DNA of 64,000 bases, taken from the sequence record OZ196593.1; one strand, written 5' to 3'. The notes under the pieces are model-generated. The model was not told where the DNA came from and made no database searches. It was given only the letters and a program-made list of their open reading frames with translations. The translations under genes were made by a program, and so were the position numbers. Numbering within the stretch: position 1 is the first letter of the stretch; every line of letters starts with the position of its first letter. This document shows positions 18,820 to 28,450 of the stretch, in pieces.

Positions 18820-19980
18820 ATGAAACAACTAACTACTACAAAATTATATGCTGCTCTAGTAGCACTTTCTGCGGGTGATGCGGAAGGCAAGTTCTTTTAC
18901 AATGACTTCGTGACACCGCTTGGTGAGCACATGCGTGTATTCAGCTACCACATTGCATCGTACAGCGATTGGCTATTAGATGGTGCTATCGAATCACGCG
19001 GTATTGTGTTTCAACACGATGGTGCAGGTAACATGATTCGTATCGTATCTCGTCCGATGGAGAAGTTCTTCAACTTGTTCGAGAACCCGTTTACGATGGG
19101 ACTTGACTTGACCACGACTGAATCGTTGTTCGACAAAGCCGATGGTTCACTGATCAGCACGTACTTGACTGGTGAAAACTTCGCGTTGAAGTCGAAAACG
19201 TCGATTTTCTCTGAGCAAGCAGTCGCGGCGAATCGCTATATCAAGCAACCAGAGAACCGCGATCTGTGGGAATTCTGTGATGATTTATCTCAAGCAGGTT
19301 ACACAGTGAACATGGAATGGGTTGCACCGAACAACCGAATCGTACTTGAGTACCCAGAAGCACGCTTGATCATCTTGAACATTCGTGACAATGAAACTGG
19401 TGAGTACATGGCATTTGCTGACATCCCCGTTGTTGCGTTTCAGCGCATTGCACGATGGGTTGTTGACGAATATGACCCTGCTCAAGCACATGCACCAGAC
19501 TTCGTTGAGAAGTTGAAAGCTCAGAAAGGCATCGAAGGCATGATCGGTCGTCTTGCGTCTGGTCAGTCATACAAAATCAAAACTCAATGGTACGTTGATC
19601 TGCACTCGCAGAAAGATTCAGTGAATGTTCCGAAGAAGTTGGTAACGACTATCTTGAACAACAACCATGATGACCTGTATGCATTGTTCGCAGATGACAA
19701 GCCGACTATCGAGCGTATTCGCGAGTTCGAATCGCATGTTGTTCAGCTTGTGCGTTCATCATGGGACTCTGTTCGTGAGTTTTACGTCGCGAATCGTGGT
19801 GCTGAACGTAAAGACTTTGCTATCGCGGGTCAGAAAGCACTTAAACCGTGGGAATTTGGTGTGGCTATGAAAGCATATCAGAATCAAACGATGGAAGGCG
19901 TACACGAAATGCTAATCGATGTTTACTTGCGTAAGCCAGAGTTAGCAGTACCAGAGAAATACTTGAACGAGGGTAAGTAA
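18820..19980 (+). CDS. rnlA: RNA ligase 1 (gp63/RnlA)
   Basis: ESRGIVF...SRPMEKFFNL, KADGSLI (motif I), GIEGMI, YKIKT. Confidence 0.95.
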   Translation: MKQLTTTKLYAALVALSAGDAEGKFFYNDFVTPLGEHMRVFSYHIASYSDWLLDGAIESRGIVFQHDGAGNMIRIVSRPMEKFFNLFENPFTMGLDLTTTESLFDKADGSLISTYLTGENFALKSKTSIFSEQAVAANRYIKQPENRDLWEFCDDLSQAGYTVNMEWVAPNNRIVLEYPEARLIILNIRDNETGEYMAFADIPVVAFQRIARWVVDEYDPAQAHAPDFVEKLKAQKGIEGMIGRLASGQSYKIKTQWYVDLHSQKDSVNVPKKLVTTILNNNHDDLYALFADDKPTIERIREFESHVVQLVRSSWDSVREFYVANRGAERKDFAIAGQKALKPWEFGVAMKAYQNQTMEGVHEMLIDVYLRKPELAVPEKYLNEGK

Positions 19981-20240
19981 TGCAACACTTTGTTTTTCAA
20001 AACGGCAAGCCTGTGCAAACAGGCGACCCGAACGAATTCATGAGTAAGATGCCTGCATTCTTAAAAGAATTGCAGAAGCGTTTAGACGCAGACCCACGCG
20101 GTGGTAAAATCATCTACGCGGGTCCGGCTAAAGCTGATAACTTGACTGGTATCGACGTTGAGATTGAAGACAAGAACGGGAAAGTGTCTAAGTTCTTCAT
20201 CAATCCGTATCAGCAATCGTTTTACACTGTGTTCGGGTAG
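19980..20240 (+). CDS. Hypothetical protein
   Basis: ORF coupled to rnlA stop. Confidence 0.75.
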   Translation: MQHFVFQNGKPVQTGDPNEFMSKMPAFLKELQKRLDADPRGGKIIYAGPAKADNLTGIDVEIEDKNGKVSKFFINPYQQSFYTVFG

Positions 20241-20241
20241 C

Positions 20242-20249
20242 AATAAATA
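20242..20249 (+). promoter_or_regulatory. Late promoter (AATAAATA) for spanins
   Basis: One mismatch to TATAAATA, upstream of lysis genes. Confidence 0.7.
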
Positions 20250-20279
20250 CTCCTGTATTATTTGATATGGGAGTAAAAC

Positions 20280-20663
20280 ATGTTTGCAAAATACAAAATC
20301 TACATTGGCTTTGCTGCTATACTCGTCGCAGTATTGACAATCGGGTATCTAAAACTCGAAAACTCAAGTCTTGAGAAGAGCATTGCGGAGCAAACAGCCA
20401 CGATAGAGCGACTAACTGACGATAAAACTCGCTTAGAGCACGTCATTTCTGATAAGGATGACACTATTGATCAGTGGCAATCAGTCTATCTTGAACAGTC
20501 TGTTTACCGCAAAGCACTTCAGACGGAGCTTGATGAAAAGACTGGCGAACTGAGACGATATCGTGATCGTCAAGATGTCGTGTTTCAAAAGCCAGGTTTA
20601 GTTCAGATCAAAGAGCAAAAAGCCCTTGATAAGTTCTTCAACGAGGTGCGCAGTGAAAAGTAG
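20280..20663 (+). CDS. Inner-membrane spanin (pseT.3/Rz-like)
   Basis: N-terminal TM, coiled coil, KPGLV motif near C-terminus; overlaps lipoprotein gene. Confidence 0.85.
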   Translation: MFAKYKIYIGFAAILVAVLTIGYLKLENSSLEKSIAEQTATIERLTDDKTRLEHVISDKDDTIDQWQSVYLEQSVYRKALQTELDEKTGELRRYRDRQDVVFQKPGLVQIKEQKALDKFFNEVRSEK

Positions 20664-20988
20664 ACTACTAATAATCATCATTGCGGTCATGGCGCTAGTT
20701 GGATGTGGCTCGACACCCGCCCCCGTGATAGTTTACGAAACCAATGAAATCGTGCATCCCTCAATGCCATCCCCTCCGCCAAATCCCGGTGTTAGAATTC
20801 TCGTTTTGACTACTGAGACTATCGAAGACAAGCAAGCATATATCGGCTTTACGTATAACGAATGGTTGAAATTTGCCGAATGGATGCACGCGTACAAGAC
20901 TTACAACAAAGATTTACGTCATGTGATTGAGTTGTATAAAGGTCAAGACCAATCTCTACAGGAAGAAGAGGTGAAAGAAAGTGATTGA
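20653..20988 (+). CDS. Outer-membrane spanin lipoprotein (pseT.2/Rz1-like)
   Basis: GTG start, signal peptide with lipobox ALVGC, Pro-rich segment. Confidence 0.85.
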   Translation: MKSRLLIIIIAVMALVGCGSTPAPVIVYETNEIVHPSMPSPPPNPGVRILVLTTETIEDKQAYIGFTYNEWLKFAEWMHAYKTYNKDLRHVIELYKGQDQSLQEEEVKESD

Positions 20989-21118
20989 GTTGTTTTATGT
21001 CATAATGTTGATTGTGGCAATACTCGGATTATTCGCTTTCGGGTATATGATCGAAGCATGTATTCAACGTGCGGTTGATTCGTATAATCGAGTGCTACAA
21101 GAGTTAAATAAAAAATAA
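20981..21118 (+). CDS. Small membrane protein (45 aa)
   Basis: Manual ORF, GTG start, single TM helix. Confidence 0.55.
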   Translation: MIELFYVIMLIVAILGLFAFGYMIEACIQRAVDSYNRVLQELNKK

Positions 21119-21122
21119 TCAT

Positions 21123-21176
21123 AAAAGGGTTGCTTCGGCAGCCCTTTTTGCGTATTATAGCTCTATCGAAACGAAA
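21123..21176 (+). promoter_or_regulatory. Terminator/early-promoter hybrid, copy 2
   Basis: Near-identical to 6483-6537; stem has one G-U pair. Confidence 0.9.
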
Positions 21177-21187
21177 GAGAGAACATT

Positions 21188-21496
21188 ATGATTGAATTTA
21201 AGCGCGTTAACATGGGTTCTAATCAATATCCACTTTACGTATACGATTCAATTGATGAGTGTGCGTCTGAAGACGTGTTAGACACTCTGACTGATACAAA
21301 CTTCAAAGACCGTCTAACTGGCAAACGTTTTCATAAGTTTCGTGTTGCAAAAACACACATTGAATCTGGTTGGTGCATTCGAGTAAGTGATCCCGAGAAC
21401 TTCTGCAAATTCATCATCACTGATACTGGCTTCAAAACCAAGAAAGCAGCTATTTCATACATCAATCTATGGTACGTAAACGTGAGAGAAGCATAA
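21188..21496 (+). CDS. Hypothetical early protein
   Basis: ORF after GAGAGAACATT leader. Confidence 0.8.
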   Translation: MIEFKRVNMGSNQYPLYVYDSIDECASEDVLDTLTDTNFKDRLTGKRFHKFRVAKTHIESGWCIRVSDPENFCKFIITDTGFKTKKAAISYINLWYVNVREA

Positions 21497-21921
21497 TGAA
21501 CGAACTAAAACAACTAACCCAAGAAGCACGCATTCAATTTGACCAATACGGTATGATTCATACCGAGCTTACAAGCGATTTGATTGACGCAATCGAGAAC
21601 GTATGCGCTACAGCACCGATTATTCGCTCTGTACGTCAAACTATCGAGTCTTTCGGTGCTGTAACAGCAACTGTGGTGCGTGAAGTGATTGAACTCTCTG
21701 AAGAGATTACAAGTGACTCTAGAAGCGTGCGCTATTTCGAGTCTGAGCGTATTGCGATGGCGTATGCTGAGATCATTGAAGGGCTGACGCCAGTCGTGAC
21801 CGTAGCTGAAGTTGTCCAAAGCGAAGAAAACGATAAGTTTTTTATTCGTTTAAATGTTTATGGTACTATCTCTGATGTGCTAAAATCTTCTGACTTAATG
21901 AAAACCGTAGAGGTAATATAA
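21496..21921 (+). CDS. Hypothetical protein
   Basis: ATG 21496 overlapping upstream stop. Confidence 0.75.
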   Translation: MNELKQLTQEARIQFDQYGMIHTELTSDLIDAIENVCATAPIIRSVRQTIESFGAVTATVVREVIELSEEITSDSRSVRYFESERIAMAYAEIIEGLTPVVTVAEVVQSEENDKFFIRLNVYGTISDVLKSSDLMKTVEVI

Positions 21922-22823
21922 TGAAAGTGATTGTAACAGTTGGTGTACCTGCTTCGGGTAAAACAACATGGGCAGAACAGTTCTGTTCAAAAACTGGTGC
22001 AGTGAACGTGAACCGTGATGACGCTCGTCAAGAGCTATTCGGTCCCTTCAAATGGGGTGAATACACGTTCAAAAAAGCTCAAGAAGAGCTTGTGACTAAA
22101 GTCAACAAAGACAAAGCATTGCTTGCACTGAGCAAAGGCAAGAGCGTCGTGATCTCTGATACGAACTTGAACCCTGAGTATCGTCAAGTGTGGAAGTCTA
22201 TCGCTGACCAATTTGATGCTGAATATGAAGAAAAGCTTTTTCATATCAACTTCGACGAAGCACATAAGCGCGATGAAGCACGTGAAATGACGGTTGGTAA
22301 GAAAATTCTAACTAACATGCTTCAAAACTATCATCGCATGAACCGCGACTTAATCATTGCGCACTTCAAAGAGTTGCTTGAGAAGCAGTGGGCTATGTGT
22401 GATCAGCTTGTTGTATTGAGCGACATCGATGGTACAGTGGCAGAAATGCACAAAGGCGTTAAAGGCAAGCGTTCACCGTTTGAGTGGAAGCGTGTTGGTG
22501 AAGATACACCACGTAAAAACGTGCTGTACGCACTAGACTCATTGGCAAAAGACTACGCTGTGTGGTTCATGAGCGGTCGTGACGGTTCATGTGAGCCAGA
22601 GACAGAAGAATGGTTACAAGAACATGCACCGTTCTACACGGGTCTTGTGATGCGTGCTCCTAGCGATTCACGCCCAGATTGGGTAATCAAACTAGAATTG
22701 ATGTACGATCTTGCACTACACGGTATCAAGCCGCTTGTTATGTTCGATGATCGTGATCAAGTAGTAAACACTTTGCGCGAAGTTGGCGTTGAAGTATGGC
22801 AAGTTCAACCAGGTAATTTTTAG
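21921..22823 (+). CDS. pseT: Polynucleotide 5'-kinase / 3'-phosphatase PseT
   Basis: GVPASGKTT, NRDD, SDTNL kinase domain; DIDGT, SGR, FDDR HAD domain. Confidence 0.97.
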   Translation: MKVIVTVGVPASGKTTWAEQFCSKTGAVNVNRDDARQELFGPFKWGEYTFKKAQEELVTKVNKDKALLALSKGKSVVISDTNLNPEYRQVWKSIADQFDAEYEEKLFHINFDEAHKRDEAREMTVGKKILTNMLQNYHRMNRDLIIAHFKELLEKQWAMCDQLVVLSDIDGTVAEMHKGVKGKRSPFEWKRVGEDTPRKNVLYALDSLAKDYAVWFMSGRDGSCEPETEEWLQEHAPFYTGLVMRAPSDSRPDWVIKLELMYDLALHGIKPLVMFDDRDQVVNTLREVGVEVWQVQPGNF

Positions 22824-22832
22824 AGGTAAAAC

Positions 22833-23173
22833 ATGGAATTAGCGTTAATTGTAACATTCATCGTTGTGTGTGCTGTAATCGTGATGGTCGCAAAGCGCCT
22901 GATTTACGCTCACTGAAACAACGTGAGCAAGCAGAATCGATTCGCATGATGTCGAATGCGCCTCATCGCCCTAGCAATCGACAATCGATGGGTCGTCAGT
23001 CGCGACGTGACAACACAGATGACGCGCTATCTGCTGCGATCTTTGTTGATTCGATGACTCGCTCAGAGCCAACGCGTACTGAAACGTCGTTCCCGTCTAG
23101 CACTGGCTCGTACAGCTACAGTAGCGATTCGGGCTCTAGCTCAAGTGACTCTAGCTCAAGTGGTGGTGACTAA
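22833..23173 (+). pseudogene. Membrane-anchored Ser-rich protein apparently split by a 1-nt frameshift
   Basis: 27-aa TM ORF 22833-22916 with good SD; -1 frame continues to Ser/Asp-rich tail ending 23173. Confidence 0.5.
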
Positions 23174-23667
23174 TGATTGTATCTGAACTTCGTGGTGACT
23201 TAGTTGCCACGTTAAAGAAAGCGATTGACACAGATGTTAGTCGCCCGTTTTTCATGGCTCAGGGCTGTAACTGCTTTGTGACGCAAGGTAGCGGCATCGC
23301 GGGTCAACTGCGCTCTGTTCCTGCTGTGTATCAAGCTGACGTTGACTACGGTCGCGAGGGTGACATCACGAAGCTCGGTGAAATGTCTGTTGCAGTCTGG
23401 GAAGATCGTGCTGCTGTATTCAACTTGTATACTCAGTACCACTATGGTGCGGGTGTTCGTCAAGTCGATTACTGTGCAGTGAAAGAATCTGTGCGTGAAA
23501 TGTGTCGTTATCTTGAAGGCGTGAACGCACCTGTATTCGTTCCGTTGATTGGTGCAGGTCTTGCAGGTGGTGAATGGGATTTGATTCGCGCTTGTATTGA
23601 CAAAGCAAGCGGCAAGACGCGTATTATCGTTGTTCACTTTGAACAAGACAAAATCCTAGACTGGTGA
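23173..23667 (+). CDS. Macrodomain ADP-ribose hydrolase (T4 tk.4-like)
   Basis: AQGCNCFVTQGSGIAGQL, FNLYTQY, PLIGAGLAGGEW. Confidence 0.9.
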   Translation: MIVSELRGDLVATLKKAIDTDVSRPFFMAQGCNCFVTQGSGIAGQLRSVPAVYQADVDYGREGDITKLGEMSVAVWEDRAAVFNLYTQYHYGAGVRQVDYCAVKESVREMCRYLEGVNAPVFVPLIGAGLAGGEWDLIRACIDKASGKTRIIVVHFEQDKILDW

Positions 23668-23671
23668 TAAA

Positions 23672-23821
23672 ATGGAAGCGTACGTTGTATTAGGTATCTG
23701 CGTCGTTATTGCGATTGTTGCTGCTAATTCTCTCATGAAAATGATTGACAGACACGAGCAAATGCGTGTTAAGATGATGCATAAAGCAATTCAAGCACGA
23801 GCGAGGAAGAGACTGCCATGA
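23672..23821 (+). CDS. Small membrane protein (49 aa)
   Basis: Manual ORF, N-terminal TM, ATGA overlap with next gene. Confidence 0.55.
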   Translation: MEAYVVLGICVVIAIVAANSLMKMIDRHEQMRVKMMHKAIQARARKRLP

Positions 23822-24042
23822 GCTTTGAAACCAACAAGAAATTAGCTGAAGCGTTTGACGCTTGGCGTGTGGTGCCGAGATTATTGGTTGCAATGTACTG
23901 CTACTTGCTGTATTTTACTGCTATGTGGTTCATGGGTCTACCAGATCCAAGTGGCACGCAATCTGCATTTGTATCGACGATTGTCGGTGCAGGTGCTGCA
24001 ATTTTCGGCTTATATACTAAGTCTGGTAAGAATCAAGAATAG
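23818..24042 (+). CDS. Two-TM membrane protein (holin-like size)
   Basis: WRVVPRLL...SAFVSTIVGAGAAIFGLY; two hydrophobic segments. Confidence 0.7.
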   Translation: MSFETNKKLAEAFDAWRVVPRLLVAMYCYLLYFTAMWFMGLPDPSGTQSAFVSTIVGAGAAIFGLYTKSGKNQE

Positions 24043-24051
24043 GAACATAGC

Positions 24052-24432
24052 ATGATTAACAACGAAATTTTAAAGCCAGTTTTCGAAACAATCGATATTA
24101 CTGACCCGAACAACGTAATCTCAATTGAGGTTATGAACGACGAGATTAGCAGCGACGACTTCGACAACTTCATCGAATACTGCGTTGAAGCTGAAATCAA
24201 CGAACGCAAAACACAGTTCGCGGGCTACTTTAGCGGTGACTTTCTAGTTCTAGGTATTGCAGAAGAGCGTTTTAGCTTCTTTCAAACACTAGACACCGAA
24301 ACTCTATTGAACGAAGACGCAGCAAACAACGCGTTTGACGCGCACATTGAGAAATTCGTTGAATGGTACACCGAGAAAGTGTCTGAGTTCTTCGTGATTG
24401 AAAACGTTGAGTTGAATGTCGAAACTGTCTAA
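24052..24432 (+). CDS. Acidic hypothetical protein
   Basis: ORF with GGA SD, D/E-rich. Confidence 0.75.
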   Translation: MINNEILKPVFETIDITDPNNVISIEVMNDEISSDDFDNFIEYCVEAEINERKTQFAGYFSGDFLVLGIAEERFSFFQTLDTETLLNEDAANNAFDAHIEKFVEWYTEKVSEFFVIENVELNVETV

Positions 24433-24435
24433 ATA
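24429..24435 (+). promoter_or_regulatory. Late promoter variant (CTAAATA)
   Basis: Same CTAAATA variant precedes other CTS-bearing genes. Confidence 0.6.
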
Positions 24436-24466
24436 ACAGAATGACACACAACAAAATGGTAAACAA

Positions 24467-26155
24467 ATGAAACTTAAACTTTTTGAGAATTTTTATCAAG
24501 AAGTGCGACTGGATGAGATTAGCGACCGCGCTAACATCGACATCGATTGGGATTTCGGTGACGAGAATGGTAGCACCGATTCGACTGCAAACTTCACCGC
24601 GGGTGGCGAGAAATTCGACGTTAGTGTTGATGAGAGCAATCCTGGGTACTTCACCGTAACGTTCCAAAACTCTGGCGGTTATTCGCAAACTGGTAAGCAA
24701 GGGCATGGCGCTGCTGCTGTTTTCTCTGGCGTATTGACGTGTTTACGTGAATTCACCGAGCATTACGAATCAGTAATGGACAAGAAGCCGTATAGCTTTG
24801 ACTTCTCTGCCGCGTATGAGCTACCACAGAATCACCCACAAGCACGTCTTGCAGGTCGTCGCCAAGAAGCGTTTGAACTTCCGCTTGATGAGAAGAAAAA
24901 GCTATTGAAAGACTTGATCAGTCGCCCGATGCTTTACTACTCTCTATCGCTGACGTTTGGTAAAGAACAAGGTTATTCTACGCATATGCATGACCGACTG
25001 TTGACTCATTTGGCAGGTAACGCCAACGATTTCCGTTCAGTTCGTAAGAACGTGACGCGCAATATCGTAGCAATGGACGACGCTCAAGTTGACAAAGCAC
25101 TGCGCGAAGCAAGTGGCTCAGTGTCGTTCACTCTAACGAATGATCATGAACGACCAAGCGACTATGACTCACCATTTGGTCAAGCGTCACTTGAAGACCA
25201 CATTGATGACGCGAGTCAATATGAAGTCGAAGAGTGGATTAACGAGGGTCGTGAAGACGAAATCATTGAGCACGCAGACTGGCAGACGCTTGTTCGTATC
25301 GCTACGTGGGGTTTGATGCACGATGAGCTGATTTACCACGATGATTCAGACGTTCGTTGGGCTGTGGTTAAAGCAGATTACGAGTACGGTGATAAACTAG
25401 CCGAATCACCAGAATGGGAGCATCGTAAAGAAGCTGCTGAAAATGGCTTTATGATCTATCAACTTGTAGTCGATGACGACGAAGATGTTCGTGAAGCTGC
25501 ATGGGATTGGGCGTTTGAAAGCGAAGACTCTGATCAACGCATTGAATATGCGAAGAACGTTGACTCTACGCTTGGTCGCTCACATCTTGAAGACGTAATG
25601 GATCGCATGATTGACGACTCAGACGACTACGAAGACCATGTTTTTGTAGCTGAACACGGTTGGCGACTTGAAGAACTGGTCGACAACGGTGACGAAGATG
25701 TTCGTGAAGCTGCGATGAACTGGTACTTCAACAACGAAGATTCAACCGATGCGGTAAGCAACATCATGAGTCACAGCGACGTGTTCGGTGACGAGAACTT
25801 GTCATACATCATGAACGGTAACTTCGGCCCATACGCTGAAGAAAAGGCGATTGAAATGGCGAAAGAAGCTGACTTAGATGTTTCTGAGTGGGTGACTGAA
25901 GCAACAATCACTGATTACACGCTGCATGATGAAGTAGACGAAGCAACTTCCGTAGATGTTGAGGTAATCGACTCTGATGGCAGTGAGTTTGAAGTCACAG
26001 TGACATACGAAGCTGACACGACGTACACAGTGAACGACACCACTCGCGGTAAAGTCGAGACATTCGACGAGTTCAGCGGTGTGTTTGAGTTCTTCAAAGA
26101 CGAATATGGCATTGAGCTAGACGACCACAGTGAAGTCTACGATCATTTGACATAA
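24467..26155 (+). CDS. Putative head-packaged acidic protein with HEAT-like repeats (562 aa)
   Basis: N-terminus MKLKLFENFYQEVRLDE; repeats LxxDDDEDVREAA; 23-bp DNA duplication 25478-25500 / 25691-25713. Confidence 0.65.
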   Translation: MKLKLFENFYQEVRLDEISDRANIDIDWDFGDENGSTDSTANFTAGGEKFDVSVDESNPGYFTVTFQNSGGYSQTGKQGHGAAAVFSGVLTCLREFTEHYESVMDKKPYSFDFSAAYELPQNHPQARLAGRRQEAFELPLDEKKKLLKDLISRPMLYYSLSLTFGKEQGYSTHMHDRLLTHLAGNANDFRSVRKNVTRNIVAMDDAQVDKALREASGSVSFTLTNDHERPSDYDSPFGQASLEDHIDDASQYEVEEWINEGREDEIIEHADWQTLVRIATWGLMHDELIYHDDSDVRWAVVKADYEYGDKLAESPEWEHRKEAAENGFMIYQLVVDDDEDVREAAWDWAFESEDSDQRIEYAKNVDSTLGRSHLEDVMDRMIDDSDDYEDHVFVAEHGWRLEELVDNGDEDVREAAMNWYFNNEDSTDAVSNIMSHSDVFGDENLSYIMNGNFGPYAEEKAIEMAKEADLDVSEWVTEATITDYTLHDEVDEATSVDVEVIDSDGSEFEVTVTYEADTTYTVNDTTRGKVETFDEFSGVFEFFKDEYGIELDDHSEVYDHLT

Positions 26156-26160
26156 AGAAA

Positions 26161-26194
26161 AGGGTTGACTTCGGTCAGCCCTTTCGTGTATTCT
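26161..26194 (+). promoter_or_regulatory. Terminator/early-promoter hybrid, variant
   Basis: AGGGTTGAC-TTCG-GTCAGCCCT with -35 TTGACT and -10 TATTCT. Confidence 0.75.
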
Positions 26195-26223
26195 ACGTAT
26201 AGAAATTCAAAAGAGCGAAAATT

Positions 26224-26484
26224 ATGATTACTGATTTGACTGAAATCTTCATCAACATGAATGATGAAAACTACGATGCAGATACAACACTTGACATCGT
26301 GAAAAAAGCAATCGACCGCGACGACGTTGACGGTGTGATGTTAGCATTCACTCAAGGTGTATCTGTGTTTATTGAAGAAATCACCAACCCCGAACTTGAT
26401 CTAGCGCAATACGAAGAATTCGTTGTGTCTAATCTTGAGAAAGTGCTTGGCGATAAAATGGGCGAGATTGAATTCATTTTCTAA
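26224..26484 (+). CDS. Hypothetical acidic protein
   Basis: ORF after promoter. Confidence 0.75.
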   Translation: MITDLTEIFINMNDENYDADTTLDIVKKAIDRDDVDGVMLAFTQGVSVFIEEITNPELDLAQYEEFVVSNLEKVLGDKMGEIEFIF

Positions 26485-26492
26485 GGTAAATT

Positions 26493-27146
26493 ATGCTACT
26501 TGAAAACTACATTAAACGAGCAATGCAAGAGTATTGCTCCATTTTCCCGACTCGCTTCTCAGTGCTCGACCATCTATTTGCTGTCAACGGCAATGGTATT
26601 CGTTTAGACGAAGATGGTTTTATGGCTGAACGCGATGACACGCTACTTGCTGACGACTTGATCATAGAAGCCGTGAACGACCATCACAGTCACGCGATTG
26701 ATGTGACTGAAAAGATGATCAATTCACTCGAAGAAGAACACCCTGATGGTGAGTTCAGTGTCGCAATCGAGAAGATGCGCAGACGTGTAGACGTGCGCAA
26801 AGAAAAGCGTGCAGCACAGCTAGAGCGTCTGCGTGACATTGACAGCGCGTACAAAGAAGATCCCGATTTCAGCGACATTCACGTATATGGTTGGGGTAGC
26901 GACAAGCAATTCATACCATTTTACATGATGCTTGACTCGAAGTATGACGATCTCATTGAACAGCTTGAATACTTCAGCGAATGCATCAAGAAAGCTGAGA
27001 TTCCGCCAGAAGTTGACTCAGATGACTTGATGGCGAATTATCAGCACGATTCTATCGTTGGTTGGAAACAAGTCGGCGTTGAGCACCTTGATGTCGAGAT
27101 TTACAAGCTGAAACAAGCAAAAATCAAAGAAAAATATCATCAATAG
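26493..27146 (+). CDS. Hypothetical protein
   Basis: 217-aa ORF, AGGT SD. Confidence 0.8.
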   Translation: MLLENYIKRAMQEYCSIFPTRFSVLDHLFAVNGNGIRLDEDGFMAERDDTLLADDLIIEAVNDHHSHAIDVTEKMINSLEEEHPDGEFSVAIEKMRRRVDVRKEKRAAQLERLRDIDSAYKEDPDFSDIHVYGWGSDKQFIPFYMMLDSKYDDLIEQLEYFSECIKKAEIPPEVDSDDLMANYQHDSIVGWKQVGVEHLDVEIYKLKQAKIKEKYHQ

Positions 27147-27148
27147 TG

Positions 27149-27177
27149 TTTAATCTCATGTGTTCTGTGCATATAAT
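27149..27177 (+). promoter_or_regulatory. GTTTA-class early promoter
   Basis: (G)TTTAAT-17-TATAAT. Confidence 0.8.
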
Positions 27178-27204
27178 GTACAAAACACAACGAGAGATTA
27201 TATA

Positions 27205-27420
27205 ATGGCACATTACGATTGTAGACACTGTGGCGAGTTTGGTTGCTTCGGTGAGTGTAAAACTGAAGAAAACCAAGCAGCGAAACGCGCAGAAGAAGCA
27301 CGCCTTGCACTTGCTAATAAATGGAAAGCTGTCTTGCAAAAAGAAGAAAAGCGTATCTCTGACTTAGAAAAAGCACGGGCATTTTTCTTACTTCATGACG
27401 AAAAAGGCAACATGAAATGA
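27205..27420 (+). CDS. Small Cys-rich (zinc-finger-like) protein
   Basis: Start ATG 27205; CRHCGEFGCFGEC then coiled coil. Confidence 0.7.
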   Translation: MAHYDCRHCGEFGCFGECKTEENQAAKRAEEARLALANKWKAVLQKEEKRISDLEKARAFFLLHDEKGNMK

Positions 27421-27794
27421 GACACAAGCATTCAGTTCATGCGATGATGAACATGATCAATTACATGAGTTCGCAATTTGTAACGGGTTCTACTTTTCTG
27501 GGGTTCTTGCCAGTCACGGCAGCCAACGATTCTTGGGGCACTGTTGTTCCCGGGAGTGACCATCGTTGGTGTGCCGTTCATTTTTTTGAAGAAGAGCAGT
27601 TAGAAACGCGTTCAGATGAAGAAGAAACAGAACAAAAGCGTATTGACAAAGGTCTTACGTGGTTGATGGTGTTTTATGGCGTTGATAACACATCGTACAT
27701 GAAAAGATTCAAAACACGTGAACATTTGCTTGACTGGTGGTACAGTCATGATGTACTATTCAGCACAGATGGATTACTTTACTACAATAGCTGA
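27417..27794 (+). CDS. Hypothetical protein
   Basis: ATGA-coupled ORF. Confidence 0.75.
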   Translation: MRHKHSVHAMMNMINYMSSQFVTGSTFLGFLPVTAANDSWGTVVPGSDHRWCAVHFFEEEQLETRSDEEETEQKRIDKGLTWLMVFYGVDNTSYMKRFKTREHLLDWWYSHDVLFSTDGLLYYNS

Positions 27795-27803
27795 GAACAT
27801 ATT

Positions 27804-28412
27804 ATGAACGTGACCGAAACGCTACGAGCTTTGAACCTACTGAACAACTCTATATACACTGAAATCGTGAATGAAGACATGAAGCCGAACATTCTTTCAG
27901 TGTACAACGAAATGAAAAAGATTACCGAATACGGTAATGAAGTGTGGTATGGTGATGCTGACGTGTACGTGAGCATTGAAGAAGCATATGAAGCGTATGG
28001 TGACAAGTACGACGTGCTTATCATTCGCAACGTAGTGTCATGCAGTGACATGCCGTATGTTATTGCTATCATCAACACTGAGACGAATTACATCCCGATT
28101 TGTAAAGTTGTTGCACCACGCGGCAAGAAAAACAACTTCACATTTGGGGATCATCGCGATTGGGATGAGCACGGTCTTGACACGCTACGAGATCACAACT
28201 GGTCATTCGGTTATGAAGATCTGCGCGATGACGGTCTAGTGTTTGAATTGAGTTCTGTGTGGGCTGAAATCAAGAGAGATAAAGCGTACAACGGTTGGTC
28301 TCAGTACAGTTCTGGTTGTGGTTTTCATGTTGAATACTTGCTGTACGCACAGCGTGAGATTCAATACGCATTTCAGATGATTTGTGATATGAAAGATTAC
28401 ACGATTGAATAG
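27804..28412 (+). CDS. Hypothetical protein
   Basis: GAGAAC leader, 202 aa. Confidence 0.8.
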   Translation: MNVTETLRALNLLNNSIYTEIVNEDMKPNILSVYNEMKKITEYGNEVWYGDADVYVSIEEAYEAYGDKYDVLIIRNVVSCSDMPYVIAIINTETNYIPICKVVAPRGKKNNFTFGDHRDWDEHGLDTLRDHNWSFGYEDLRDDGLVFELSSVWAEIKRDKAYNGWSQYSSGCGFHVEYLLYAQREIQYAFQMICDMKDYTIE

Positions 28413-28450
28413 ACCTAAAAAAGCCCCTTAATCGGGGCTTTTGTCGTTTA
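28411..28450. terminator. Bidirectional terminator between convergent genes
   Basis: AGACCTAAAAAAGCCCC-TTAATC-GGGGCTTTTGTCGTTTA. Confidence 0.9.

Noticed and set aside
22868-22916. GTG start for a separate 101-aa Ser-rich ORF
   Set aside because: No SD; better explained as the -1 continuation of the 22833 ORF.
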